A stretch of DNA of 64,000 nucleotides, taken from the NCBI GenBank assembly GCA_965112635.1, contig OZ218778.1, positions 1,216,001 to 1,280,000 on the forward strand, given 5' to 3'. Position numbers and translations under genes: made by a program. Origin of the DNA: an uncultured bacterium. Lineage in GTDB: Bacteria > Oederibacteriota > Oederibacteriia > Oederibacteriales > Oederibacteriaceae. This document shows, piece by piece, positions 48,270-58,356 of the stretch (position 1 is the stretch's first letter; the number at the start of each line of letters is the position of its first letter). The notes under the pieces were generated by a model that worked only from the letters and a program-made list of their open reading frames with translations, had not been told where the DNA came from and ran no database searches.

Positions 48270-48938
48270 ATGATCGCGGTTGTGGATTACGGGATGGGCA
48301 ATTTGAGGAGCGTCCAAAAAGCCCTGGAGAGCGTGGGCGGGGAGGCTGTGGTCACGGACAAACCAGAGGTGATCACTGAGGCCAGGGCCATTGTTCTGCC
48401 CGGGGTAGGGGCTTTTGGCGCTGCCGTGGAAAAACTCCAGGCGCAGAACCTGATCGGATTGCTCAAAAGAGAGATCAGCAGCGGCAAACCCTTTTTGGGC
48501 ATTTGCCTGGGGCTCCAGCTGCTCTTCCAGGAGAGCGAGGAGTCGCCGGGCGTTGCCGGACTGGGGCTTTTGGAGGGCAAGGTCAAGGCCCTGAAGGTCA
48601 GCCTCAAGATCCCGCATATGGGCTGGAACCAGGTCCACCTCAACCCCAAGAACAAGAGCAGGCTGTTCCAGGGGATCCACGACAAGACTTTTTTTTATTT
48701 TGACCATACCTTCGCGGTTGTGCCCAAGGATCCGCGGGACATCGCCACCACGACCGATTATGAGGTCGATTTTGTGAGCGCGGTCAAAAGGGACAACATC
48801 TACGGGGTGCAGTTCCATCCTGAGAAAAGCCAGGCCGCGGGTCTGCGCCTGCTCAGGAATTTCGTCATGTTCAGCAAGGTGCCGTTGGGCGCTTTTAAAC
48901 TGATCAAAGAGATCACAAGAAGGACCAGGAAAAGATAG
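48270..48938 (+). CDS. hisH: Imidazole glycerol phosphate synthase glutaminase subunit
   Basis: DYGMGNLRSV, LPGVGAF, GICLG, PHMGWN, QFHPEKS. Confidence 0.96.
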   Translation: MIAVVDYGMGNLRSVQKALESVGGEAVVTDKPEVITEARAIVLPGVGAFGAAVEKLQAQNLIGLLKREISSGKPFLGICLGLQLLFQESEESPGVAGLGLLEGKVKALKVSLKIPHMGWNQVHLNPKNKSRLFQGIHDKTFFYFDHTFAVVPKDPRDIATTTDYEVDFVSAVKRDNIYGVQFHPEKSQAAGLRLLRNFVMFSKVPLGAFKLIKEITRRTRKR

Positions 48939-48962
48939 CCTGGCCGGAGGAGGAGCAAAGCT

Positions 48963-49724
48963 GTGTTCGTTATTCCAGCGATAGACCTGAGGGACGGGTG
49001 CTGTGTCAGGCTGGTGCAGGGCGACCCGCACCGCCAGACCGTATATTCCAAGGAGCCGGTATCCATGGCCAAGCTATGGTACCTCAAGGGCGCCAAGTGG
49101 ATACACGTCGTGGACCTCAACGGCGCCCTGACCGGCAAGCCCATCCATATCGGCATCGTCAAACGCATCTGCCGGGAGGTCAAGGCCAAGGTCGAGTTCG
49201 GCGGCGGGGTGCGGAGCATGGACGTGATCGCGGAGCTCGTCGAGGCGGGAGTGCAGCGGGTCATCCTGGGCACTTCGGCCGTGGACCAGGCCAGCCTGGT
49301 GCAAAAGGCGGTGGCGCGGTTCGGCGGTAAGATCGCCGTGGCCCTGGACGTGAGAAGGGGCAAGCTGGCCACGCAGGGCTGGAAAACCATAGTGTCCCGG
49401 GAGCCTCTGGAGATGGCCCGGGAGATGCAAAAGCTGGGTGTGGGGACCTTTGTATTCACCGAGGTGAGCCGGGACGGCATGCTCAAAGGCCCTGCTTTTA
49501 AGGCCACTTCTGACTTTGTCCGGCAGGCCGGGGCCAAGGTCATCGCCTCGGGCGGCATCACCAAGCTGTCCAACCTGGTCAAGCTCAAAAAGCTGGAGCC
49601 CTTTGGGCTTATAGGCGCCATCGTGGGCAAGGCGCTTTATAGCGGGGACATGGACCTCAAGCAGGCCCTGGCCCTGGGCGAAGCCAAGGCCAGATCGAAG
49701 AAAAGACCGAAAAAAGGAGCGTAA
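48963..49724 (+). CDS. hisA: ProFAR isomerase
   Basis: IPAIDL..G.CVRL.QG, HVVDLNGA, GGGVRS, RDGML.GP, IASGGI, IVGKALY. Confidence 0.95.
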   Translation: MFVIPAIDLRDGCCVRLVQGDPHRQTVYSKEPVSMAKLWYLKGAKWIHVVDLNGALTGKPIHIGIVKRICREVKAKVEFGGGVRSMDVIAELVEAGVQRVILGTSAVDQASLVQKAVARFGGKIAVALDVRRGKLATQGWKTIVSREPLEMAREMQKLGVGTFVFTEVSRDGMLKGPAFKATSDFVRQAGAKVIASGGITKLSNLVKLKKLEPFGLIGAIVGKALYSGDMDLKQALALGEAKARSKKRPKKGA

Positions 49725-49730
49725 CCGAGC

Positions 49731-50504
49731 ATGTTAGCCAGGCGCATCATCCCTTGTCTGGATGTCACGGAAGGCAGGGTGGTCAAAGGGGTCAAGTTCG
49801 TGGACCTTAAAGATGCCGGAGACCCGGTGGAGATCGCGTCCTATTACGACAAGCAGGGCGCGGACGAGCTGGTGTTCCTGGACATCACGGCGTCGCACGA
49901 AAAGCGAAAGATCATCCTGACCCTGGTCAACAAAACCGCGGAGAGGGTCTTCATCCCCCTGACCGTGGGCGGGGGCATCAGCGAGATCGCGGACATCCGG
50001 GACCTATTGAACGCCGGGGCGGACAAGGTCTCGCTCAACACCGCGGCCGTGGAAAACCCCAAGCTTATCCGGAGCGCTTCGGACAAGTTCGGGGCGCAGT
50101 GCATCGTGACGGCCATCGACGCCATCCGCCGGCCTCCCAAAAAAAGGGGGGAGGTTTTTTGGGAGGTCTACACCCACGGAGGCAGGAAACCCACAGGCCT
50201 CAACGCCCTGGACTGGGCGCAAAAAGTGGTGGACCTGGGTTCGGGCGAACTTTTGGTGACCAGCATGGACCGGGACGGCACCCAGGTGGGCTATGACCTG
50301 GAACTTTTAAAAGCTATCTCCGAAAGGGTCCATGTGCCGGTCATCGCCTCGGGCGGGGCAGGGCATCTCAAACACCTTTACGAGGCCCTGGCCATCGGCA
50401 AAGCCGACGCGGTCCTGGCGGCATCCATATTCCATTTTGGGACCTATACCGTCAAACAGGTCAAGCGGTACTTGAAAGACCGGGACGTCCCGGTCAGATT
50501 TTGA
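49731..50504 (+). CDS. hisF: Imidazole glycerol phosphate synthase cyclase subunit
   Basis: [43 protein letters not shown]. Confidence 0.97.
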   Translation: MLARRIIPCLDVTEGRVVKGVKFVDLKDAGDPVEIASYYDKQGADELVFLDITASHEKRKIILTLVNKTAERVFIPLTVGGGISEIADIRDLLNAGADKVSLNTAAVENPKLIRSASDKFGAQCIVTAIDAIRRPPKKRGEVFWEVYTHGGRKPTGLNALDWAQKVVDLGSGELLVTSMDRDGTQVGYDLELLKAISERVHVPVIASGGAGHLKHLYEALAIGKADAVLAASIFHFGTYTVKQVKRYLKDRDVPVRF

Positions 50505-50522
50505 TCATAAGGAAGAAGAACG

Positions 50523-50933
50523 ATGAACCCACTCATTAAAGAAGTCAAATTCAATAAGGACGGGCTGGTGCCCGCCATCGTGCAGGACACGCGGGACAAA
50601 CAGGTCCTGATGTGCGCCTTCATGAACCAGAAGGCTTTGGCCCTTACCCTGAAGACCGGGCTCATGCACTACTACAGCCGTTCGAGGAACAAACTGTGGC
50701 TCAAAGGCGAGGAGTCCGGGCACGTGCAAAGGGTCAAAAAGATCTTTGTGGACTGCGACGCGGACTGTCTGCTTTTCTATGTCCAGCAGACCAAGGCCGC
50801 GTGCCATACCGGTTTTCGCACCTGTTTTTATAGGGTGGCCGAGGCCAGGAAGGGTAGGTGGAAAGTGATTGGAAAACCCTTATTCGACCCTAAAAAAGTG
50901 TATTCCATTCCTAAGGGAGGGCGCGCCCGATGA
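50523..50933 (+). CDS. hisI: Phosphoribosyl-AMP cyclohydrolase (no HisE domain)
   Basis: [37 protein letters not shown]. Confidence 0.95.
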   Translation: MNPLIKEVKFNKDGLVPAIVQDTRDKQVLMCAFMNQKALALTLKTGLMHYYSRSRNKLWLKGEESGHVQRVKKIFVDCDADCLLFYVQQTKAACHTGFRTCFYRVAEARKGRWKVIGKPLFDPKKVYSIPKGGRAR

Positions 50934-52411
50934 TCAAGCCCGGGTGGCAGGAATTCCAGCAAAAGGCTAAAAAAGGCAACCTCATCCCGGTTTACCGGGA
51001 GATCCTGGCTGACCTGGAAACCCCTGTTTCCGCCTTTTTAAAGATAGAGGACGGCGAAAACTCCTTTTTACTGGAGAGCGTGGAGGGGTCCGAGCTCGTG
51101 GGCCGGTATTCCATTTTGGGGACCAACCCCTTGTTCGTGGTGTCCTGCAAGGACCAGAAAGTCACCTTCCAATACCACGGCAAGGTCCAGGAGGGCAGCG
51201 CGTCCACGGATCCCCTGGAACTGATCAAAAAGCTTTTGGCCGTTTACAAGCCGGTGCTGGACGAAGACCTGCCTCCTTTTATCGGCGGGGCCGTCGGGTA
51301 CCTGGCCTATGACGCGGTCCGCTATTTCGAGAAACTGCCCTATACCAAGGCCAAGGACGACCGGGAACTGCCGGACTGCCTCTTTATGGTCGCGGACACG
51401 GTGCTGATCTTCGACCACTTTAAGCACATGGTCCTGGCGGTCGCCAATGCCTACATCACGGACAAGGAAGGGCCCCGGGAAGCCTACGACAAGGCCTGCG
51501 AGAAGATAGACTTTCTGGTGGAGCAGCTCAAAAAACCCCTGAAGATCGCCAAGGCCAAGCCGGCCAAGTCCAAGGCCATCTCCTTGAGCCCGGATTTTGA
51601 GAAGCAAGGGTTCATCGAAGCCGTGGAAAAGATCAAAGAGCACATCCGGGCGGGCGACATCATCCAGGCCGTCCTGTCCCAGCGGCTCCAGGGCAAGATG
51701 ATGGTGGACCCTTTCACCGTGTACCGGGTCCTGAGGACCATCAACCCGTCCCCCTACATGTTCTACCTGCAGTTCGGGGACCTGCAGCTGGTGGGGTCCT
51801 CGCCGGAGATGCTGGTGAGGGTCAAGGGAACGCACGTGGAAACCCGGCCCATTGCCGGGACCCGGCCGCGCGGGAGGGACAGCGAAGAGGACGCCAACCT
51901 GATGAACGAACTCATCACGGATTCCAAGGAAAGGGCCGAGCACCTGATGCTGGTGGACCTGAGCCGCAACGACCTGGGACGGGTCTGCGACTACGGCACG
52001 GTGGAGGTCAGGGACCTCATGCGCGTGGAAAAGTTCTCCCATGTCATGCACCTGGTCACGGAAGTGCACGGGACTTTAAAGCAGGGGCACGACGTGTATG
52101 ACTGCCTGAGGTCCTGCTTCCCGGCCGGCACGGTCTCCGGGGCGCCCAAGATACGGGCCATGGAGATCATCGAAGAGCTGGAACCTTTTTATCGCGGGCC
52201 TTACGCGGGGGCCGTGGGTTATTTCGGGTTCCAGGGCAACATGGACACCTGCATCGCCCTGAGGACCCTGGTCATCCACAAGGAAGTGGCTTATGTCCAG
52301 GCCGGGGCGGGCATTGTCGCGGATTCCCATCCTGAACTGGAATACGAAGAAAGCATGAATAAATCCAAAGCCCTGGTCAAAGCCATTTCCCTGGCTTCCG
52401 AGGGACTATAG
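50930..52411 (+). CDS. trpE: Anthranilate synthase component I
   Basis: [50 protein letters not shown]; ATGA overlap with hisI stop. Confidence 0.95.
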   Translation: MIKPGWQEFQQKAKKGNLIPVYREILADLETPVSAFLKIEDGENSFLLESVEGSELVGRYSILGTNPLFVVSCKDQKVTFQYHGKVQEGSASTDPLELIKKLLAVYKPVLDEDLPPFIGGAVGYLAYDAVRYFEKLPYTKAKDDRELPDCLFMVADTVLIFDHFKHMVLAVANAYITDKEGPREAYDKACEKIDFLVEQLKKPLKIAKAKPAKSKAISLSPDFEKQGFIEAVEKIKEHIRAGDIIQAVLSQRLQGKMMVDPFTVYRVLRTINPSPYMFYLQFGDLQLVGSSPEMLVRVKGTHVETRPIAGTRPRGRDSEEDANLMNELITDSKERAEHLMLVDLSRNDLGRVCDYGTVEVRDLMRVEKFSHVMHLVTEVHGTLKQGHDVYDCLRSCFPAGTVSGAPKIRAMEIIEELEPFYRGPYAGAVGYFGFQGNMDTCIALRTLVIHKEVAYVQAGAGIVADSHPELEYEESMNKSKALVKAISLASEGL

Positions 52412-52423
52412 GTAAGAGGAGGG

Positions 52424-55360
52424 TTGATGATGAACAGAAAGGCCGTTATTATAACGCTTTTACTGCTGGCAACCGGGGCTGTCCTGGCGCCCCGCTGGCT
52501 GGCAGCGGAAGATCTGAAGATCGCCATTACGAAGGATAATTCCATTTGCATGGATTCCGGCGAACGGAAATTGAATATGGGAGGTTCTTCCCGTATCAAA
52601 TTAAAAGCGGATGAGAACGCCATCCTGCTGGCCGTGGATACCGCAGCCATGCAGAACAAGCTTTTGACCAAGGCCGTGCTGCATATCCGGGGCACGGACA
52701 CCAATATGATGGTACGCAAAGTGGACTTTTCCACTCTGGCCTGCTCTCCCTGGAGCGAGGGGGTAGGCAACGGAGAGGCGGCCAACCAGGGGGATTCCAC
52801 TTTTTTTACGCCGGAGTTCGGCAGCGACCGTTTATGGGGCGGGCCGGATTCTGATTTTTACGACGTCATCGGCGGCCGCTGCGGGACCATCTGGATGCAG
52901 GCCTATGTCAAGCCCGGGCCGGACATGTGGTACGAGATGGAGATCGACCCGCGCCTTTTGGAAGCCTGCGCGGCCGGATTATCCGGCGGCATCCTGATGC
53001 ATGACGGCAACGGACAGGTCAAAGAAATGAATGGGGCGGTAATGCCCGGCAGCAATTACGGTAATAATTTATTTTATTCCAAAGAGCAGGCCGGCTCAGA
53101 GCCTTATTTTACGGCCGTAGCCCAGCCCGCGGCCAAGGCGGCTGGTGACACGCTGGCCGTGGAGGTCAAACCCTGGCAGGCCGGGGCTGATTTTGAAAAG
53201 GGCGGTGTGGAGATCAGCTGGCCAGGTCCCTTAAGCGACAAAGAGTACAGGTCTATGCTGGGAGCCCGCGTCTATCTCACAAGCGGGAGCAATCCCGAGG
53301 TCCCGGCGCCGCTGTGGACCATGCCGCCTTTGCCCAAGCCGGGCGAGACGGCCCGGTTGCTTTTGTCCGGCCAGGAACCGGGCGCTTCCCTGACGGCGCG
53401 GGTGGAAGTCGTGACCCGGGGCGGCCAGGTGCTGCACCAAGGCAGCGCTTCAGGACAGGTCTCGGACAAGTTCCCTGAGCCGCAGGCCTTGAGCCTGCAG
53501 GCCGTGGCCGGGAAAGCCGGCGACCCGCCGTCCAACTCCAAGGCCAAAGTCTGGGTGGTGCCGGACGGGGTCAAGGTCAATCCTCTGACCGGCAATGTCC
53601 AGGAGGAGGACGGGGTGACTTACGAAGGCGACCCGGCGGGCACTTACCGCCAGGCCAATGCCGTGTGGAGCGGGGGAGGCGCCACCATAAACCTGGCCGG
53701 GCTCAAAGGCGAGTGGGTCGGGTTCCAGATCGTGTGCGAGAACGCGGGTACCGACCCGGTGTCTTACCATATTAAACCGGGCAGCCTGAGCGGGGCCAGC
53801 GGCGTCCTGATCCAGGATGCCAATGTGGGGTTGTCCAGGATGTGGTATATCAAGAACGGGGACAAGGACCAGAGCTGGTACGAGGACCCCATGGTCCCCC
53901 TAAAAAATGACGAGGCTTTTGGCGTTCCCTGGGATAAGAACGCGGTGCCTGGCCAGAAAAACCAGGCTATTTATACGGAATTCTTCATTCCCAAGAGCGC
54001 GGCGCCAGGGGCGTATACCGGCGTCATTCAGGTATTTGCCGGGGACGAAAGCCCGGTGGCTTTGAATGTAAACCTGACGGTGGGTAACGGGGCCATTCCG
54101 GATGAGGCGCATCTGATCCTGTCCATGAACAATTACCAATCTCCGGGGGGAAATTTCGAGGAAAAGGATTTTCTCCAGGGCGAGAGGGCTTTTTACCGCA
54201 TGGCCCACGACCATCGTACGGATATATGCATCGTGCCTTACAGCCACATTGGCAATATCCAGAGGGATTATCAGCTCCCCTTGGCCGGCACGGGCAGTTC
54301 CATGCGTGTCGCTGACTGGTCAGCCTGGGACAAGCGTTTTGGGCCCCTGTTCGACGGGACCGTTTTCAAGGGGTCGCCCCGGGAAAACGCACCCTTGAGC
54401 CATTTTAACCTGATGTTTTCCGAGAACTATCCCACGACCATGGCGCAGGGTTATAAATACAACAACCTGAGCTGGGAAAACTGCTGGAAAGAGAACAATA
54501 CTCCCTGGGAAGATTTCAGCGACACCTTTAAAGCCCAGTGGGTGGCCGTGGCCAAGGACTTTATCAAGCATGTGAAGGAAAAAGGATGGCAGACCTCTTT
54601 TCAGGTATTGCTGAACGACAAGAGCAACTATAAGGCCGCGGACCCTACGACCAAACAGCCGGGAAAAGGCGTGAGTTTTTGGAGGCTGGACGAGCCGGCT
54701 TATACCGATGACTTTCTGACTGTTCAGCTCATCGGCAGACTGTTGAAACAGGCCCAGGAGGGCGACCGCAACCATGTCCTATTCCGCTGCGATGTTTCCT
54801 ATCCGGAACGGGCGTGGACCATGCTGAGCCGGGTTTTGGACCTGGACGTGTGCAGCAACCTCAGCTATCTCCGTTTCCTGCAGGACGACCGCGAGCGTTA
54901 CGGCGTCGGGATCTGGAATTACAGCGGGGCGCCGTCCTGCCAGGAAAGCAACCTGGGCATCAGCGCCATGGCCATGGACCTTTTTGGCCGGAGCGTGGAC
55001 GGGTATGTGCCCTGGAAGGCCATTGGGTCGGATTTCAACTGGAACAAGTTCGACGACTTTACCAGCGTCATTTATACCGGAGGGCGCTGGGGCATCATTG
55101 GGCCCTGCGCTTCCCTGCGGCTTAAGGCTTACCGCCGCGCGGAGCAGGACGTGGAGTACCTGTGGCTTCTGGCCAACAAGAGGGGGCTCCTGAACAACGA
55201 CCCGAACCACAAACAGGTGGCCAGGCTTTTGACCAGTTCCCTGAACCTGCAAAAGACCACGAGCGCCCTGGACAACAACGGGGGCGTGGTCGAGTCGTTT
55301 AAAAGCATAAAGCCCGACCAGCTGGAGAGCCTCAGGCGGGCCATAGCAGGGGCATTGTGA
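52424..55360 (+). CDS. Large secreted protein with C-terminal DUF4091/GH123-like glycoside hydrolase region
   Basis: Signal peptide; GEWVGFQIV, GAYTG.I Ig-like domain, LDEP motif, SLRLKAYRRAEQDVEYL tail. Confidence 0.6.
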   Translation: MMMNRKAVIITLLLLATGAVLAPRWLAAEDLKIAITKDNSICMDSGERKLNMGGSSRIKLKADENAILLAVDTAAMQNKLLTKAVLHIRGTDTNMMVRKVDFSTLACSPWSEGVGNGEAANQGDSTFFTPEFGSDRLWGGPDSDFYDVIGGRCGTIWMQAYVKPGPDMWYEMEIDPRLLEACAAGLSGGILMHDGNGQVKEMNGAVMPGSNYGNNLFYSKEQAGSEPYFTAVAQPAAKAAGDTLAVEVKPWQAGADFEKGGVEISWPGPLSDKEYRSMLGARVYLTSGSNPEVPAPLWTMPPLPKPGETARLLLSGQEPGASLTARVEVVTRGGQVLHQGSASGQVSDKFPEPQALSLQAVAGKAGDPPSNSKAKVWVVPDGVKVNPLTGNVQEEDGVTYEGDPAGTYRQANAVWSGGGATINLAGLKGEWVGFQIVCENAGTDPVSYHIKPGSLSGASGVLIQDANVGLSRMWYIKNGDKDQSWYEDPMVPLKNDEAFGVPWDKNAVPGQKNQAIYTEFFIPKSAAPGAYTGVIQVFAGDESPVALNVNLTVGNGAIPDEAHLILSMNNYQSPGGNFEEKDFLQGERAFYRMAHDHRTDICIVPYSHIGNIQRDYQLPLAGTGSSMRVADWSAWDKRFGPLFDGTVFKGSPRENAPLSHFNLMFSENYPTTMAQGYKYNNLSWENCWKENNTPWEDFSDTFKAQWVAVAKDFIKHVKEKGWQTSFQVLLNDKSNYKAADPTTKQPGKGVSFWRLDEPAYTDDFLTVQLIGRLLKQAQEGDRNHVLFRCDVSYPERAWTMLSRVLDLDVCSNLSYLRFLQDDRERYGVGIWNYSGAPSCQESNLGISAMAMDLFGRSVDGYVPWKAIGSDFNWNKFDDFTSVIYTGGRWGIIGPCASLRLKAYRRAEQDVEYLWLLANKRGLLNNDPNHKQVARLLTSSLNLQKTTSALDNNGGVVESFKSIKPDQLESLRRAIAGAL

Positions 55361-55399
55361 GGATTTGACCGTCAAACTGGAGAGGAGTTCAGCGTCGCT

Positions 55400-56751
55400 T
55401 TGAAGGCCAGGTGTTTCCTAAGCTTGTTTTTGCTTGTTGTTACAGCGCTTTTGTGGCTGCAGGGATGTTCAACCCTTTCCGACCGGGTGTCCTCAGATGA
55501 CGAGTACACCCGATTGCCGGCCCAGAGGGAGTTGCGCGACCTCAAACCCGACCAGGCCAACCAGGTCGTGGAGGGGCTCGTCGCGAGGATGGACCAAAAA
55601 TCAGACCCCCTCAGCCGGGAATGGGCGGCCCAGTCCCTGGGGCTGGTGGGGCCGCAGGCCAAGGCCGCTGTGCCTAGCCTGATCCGGGCCCTGCAGGACG
55701 AGTACTACTATGTCCGGGAAAAGGCCGCGGAGGCTTTGGGCAAGATCAGGAGCGACCAAAAGGCCGTGCCGGCCCTCATCGCCGTTTTGCACGACGAGAA
55801 CGGTATTGTCCGGGACAAGGCCGAGGGTGCCCTGAACATGATCGGACCGCCGGACAAGGGGTCCATCGAGGACCTGGTCAAGCTGCTGACTGACCAGCCG
55901 GACCCCTTTATTCGGGCCAAGGCGGCCGAGTCGCTGGGGAGCATGGGGGAGGACGGACAGCCGGCCACCAAGACCCTGGCCGCGGCCCTGGGGGATAAAG
56001 ACCCCGGCGTGCGGGCCTACAGCGCGGAGGCTCTGGGCAGGATCGGCGAAGGCGCCGAAGAGGCCCTGCCCCAGGTGGTGCAGGCCCTCAAGGACGCCGA
56101 CGACCAGACCAGGAAGAACGCCAGGCTGGCCCTGTCCAGGGTGGTGCTCCGCTGCAACCTGATCCCCGGCATGGTCCCGCCGGAGCTGAGGCTGATGGAA
56201 AAGCGGCTCCAAGACATTTTCAACCGGCAGGTGGGATGGGCCAGCACCAACAAGCAGGTCAAGATCATCGCGGTCATGTGGAAGGGCATGGAGCCCGAAA
56301 TGGCCCAGAGAAAAGTTCCGAAGGTGATGATGGACAAGCTCGACACGGCCCTGCAGGACCTGGGGCAAAAGGCAGGGGCCAAGGACGACGACGGGATGGT
56401 GGGAGCCTTGCAAAGCTCCTGCGAGGCCCTGCTGGACCTGTATGAGCTGTACCAGCCCAGGATGCCCTGCGACTTTAACCGCCTGCTGGTGTACCAGGAG
56501 ATGATCACCCTGGCCCGCTGGGACAGGATCGGGCCCCTGCTGATGCAGGACCGGTGGACCTGGAACAGGGCCAAGCCGTGGCTCATCCAGTGGGGGGAGA
56601 GGGTGAGGCCGGGGAATACGAGAAGTGCCTCAACCGGCAGGAACGGGCCGCAGCGGACAAGGATATCGTCCTTTTGAACAAGGAGTCCCAGAACGGCTGG
56701 GGCCTGGCCAACAAGGTCTATAAATTTATCGCGGAGAGGAAGAAGTCATGA
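55400..56751 (+). CDS. HEAT-repeat lipoprotein (probable frameshift near G-run 56592-56597)
   Basis: Lipobox LQGC; repeats VR.KAAEALG.IG; ORF ends 56677 but the -1 frame continues to TGA 56751, overlapping the trpG ATG. Confidence 0.7.
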
Positions 56752-57317
56752 TCCTGATGATCGACAATTACGATTCATTCACCTACAACCTGGTGCAATA
56801 CCTGGGCGAGCTCAAAGAGGACCTCATCGTCCGGCGTAATGACAAGATAGAGCTGCAGGAGATAGAGAACATCAGGCCGGACCGCATCGTCATCTCGCCG
56901 GGGCCGGGAACCCCCAGCCAGGCAGGCATTTCCTGCGATGTCATAAGGCGTTTCGGGCCGGAGATACCCATTTTGGGGGTCTGCCTGGGACACCAGGCTA
57001 TCGGGCAGGTCTTCGGCGGAGAGGTGGTCAGGGCCGAGCGGCTGATGCACGGCAAGACCTCGCTGGTGCACCACGACGGCAAGAACCTGTTCCGCTACAT
57101 CCGCAACCCGTTCGAGGCCATGCGTTACCACTCCCTGATCGTGAAAAAAGATACCCTGCCCTCGTTCCTGGAGGTCACCGCGTGGACCGACCAGGGTGAG
57201 ATCATGGGTCTCAGGCACAAAACCTTTCCGGTCGAGGGGGTGCAGTTCCATCCGGAATCCATCATGACCAAAGTGGGCAAGGATATCCTGAAAAATTTTC
57301 TGATGCTGGAGCGTTGA
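56748..57317 (+). CDS. trpG: Anthranilate synthase component II (glutamine amidotransferase)
   Basis: IDNYDSFTYNL, SPGPG, GVCLGHQ, MHGKTS, RYHSL, QFHPES. Confidence 0.94.
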   Translation: MILMIDNYDSFTYNLVQYLGELKEDLIVRRNDKIELQEIENIRPDRIVISPGPGTPSQAGISCDVIRRFGPEIPILGVCLGHQAIGQVFGGEVVRAERLMHGKTSLVHHDGKNLFRYIRNPFEAMRYHSLIVKKDTLPSFLEVTAWTDQGEIMGLRHKTFPVEGVQFHPESIMTKVGKDILKNFLMLER

Positions 57318-57345
57318 ACCAGCCGAGCAAGATGAAGGAGGGATC

Positions 57346-58350
57346 GTGATCAAGGAAGCCATCCAAAAATTGATCGAGAAAAAGGACCTGACCGAGGCCG
57401 AGGCCTTGGCCGCCCTGGGCGAGATCATGGACGGCCAGGCGACGCCGGCGCAGATCGGGAGTTTCATCACGGCCCTCAGGATGAAAGGCGAGACCATTCC
57501 CGAGATCATCGGGTGCGTCAAGGCCATGCGGGCCAAGGCCACCCATATCCAGAGCGACGGCGCGGTCCTGGACACCTGCGGGACCGGCGGGGACCGGAAA
57601 GGGACCTTTAACATCTCCACGGCGGCGGCCTTTGTGGCGGCCGGGGCGGGCATCCGCGTGGCCAAGCACGGCAACCGGGCCGTATCCAGCGGATGCGGCA
57701 GCGCGGATGTGCTGGCGGCCCTGGGGGTCAACCTCGAGATGCCCCCGGACAAGGTGGAGCAGGCCCTGAGGGAGATCGGGATCGCTTTTTTGTTCGCGCC
57801 CATGCTGCACTCGGCCATGAAACACGCCATCGGTCCGCGCCGGGAGATCGGCATCCGGACGGTCTTTAACGTCCTGGGGCCCATGACCAACCCGGCCGAG
57901 GCCAGGTACCAGCTCATCGGGGTTTACGACCCCTCCCTGACCGAGGTCATTGCCAGCGTGCTGGGAGAACTGGGGAGCGAACGGGCCTGGGTGGTGCACG
58001 GCGAGGAACTTTTGGACGAGATCTCCATCTCCGGCCGGACCAGGGTCAGTGAGCTCAGGGACGGCAAGGTCAAGACCTTTACCATTGAGCCCAAGGACGC
58101 GGGATTGAAACCGGTACCTTTATCCCTGCTCCTGGGCGGGGACGCGACCCGCAACGCCCAGATTCTGGAGATGGTTTTAAGGGGTGAAAAAGGCCCTCAC
58201 CGCCAGGCGGTCCTCATTAATGCCGGAGCGGCCATTTATGTGACCCTGCCGGGAACCTTTCAGGATGGGGTGGAAATGGCCAGAAAATCCATTGATTCCG
58301 GGGCGGCTATGGCCAAGCTGGAAGCCCTGCGAAAATTTGCCAAGAAATGA
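57346..58350 (+). CDS. trpD: Anthranilate phosphoribosyltransferase
   Basis: DTCGTGGD, NISTA, AKHGNR..SS.CGSAD, FNVLGP, DEIS. Confidence 0.96.
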   Translation: MIKEAIQKLIEKKDLTEAEALAALGEIMDGQATPAQIGSFITALRMKGETIPEIIGCVKAMRAKATHIQSDGAVLDTCGTGGDRKGTFNISTAAAFVAAGAGIRVAKHGNRAVSSGCGSADVLAALGVNLEMPPDKVEQALREIGIAFLFAPMLHSAMKHAIGPRREIGIRTVFNVLGPMTNPAEARYQLIGVYDPSLTEVIASVLGELGSERAWVVHGEELLDEISISGRTRVSELRDGKVKTFTIEPKDAGLKPVPLSLLLGGDATRNAQILEMVLRGEKGPHRQAVLINAGAAIYVTLPGTFQDGVEMARKSIDSGAAMAKLEALRKFAKK

Positions 58351-58356
58351 CGAGCC

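Noticed and set aside
48963-49724. HisA as bifunctional PriA linking both pathways
   Set aside because: A complete TrpF domain is present in trpCF; nothing in the sequence requires bifunctionality.
55364-55376. Short palindrome TTTGAC-C-GTCAAA before the HEAT lipoprotein gene
   Set aside because: 6-bp arms occur by chance in 64 kb; no second copy noticed.
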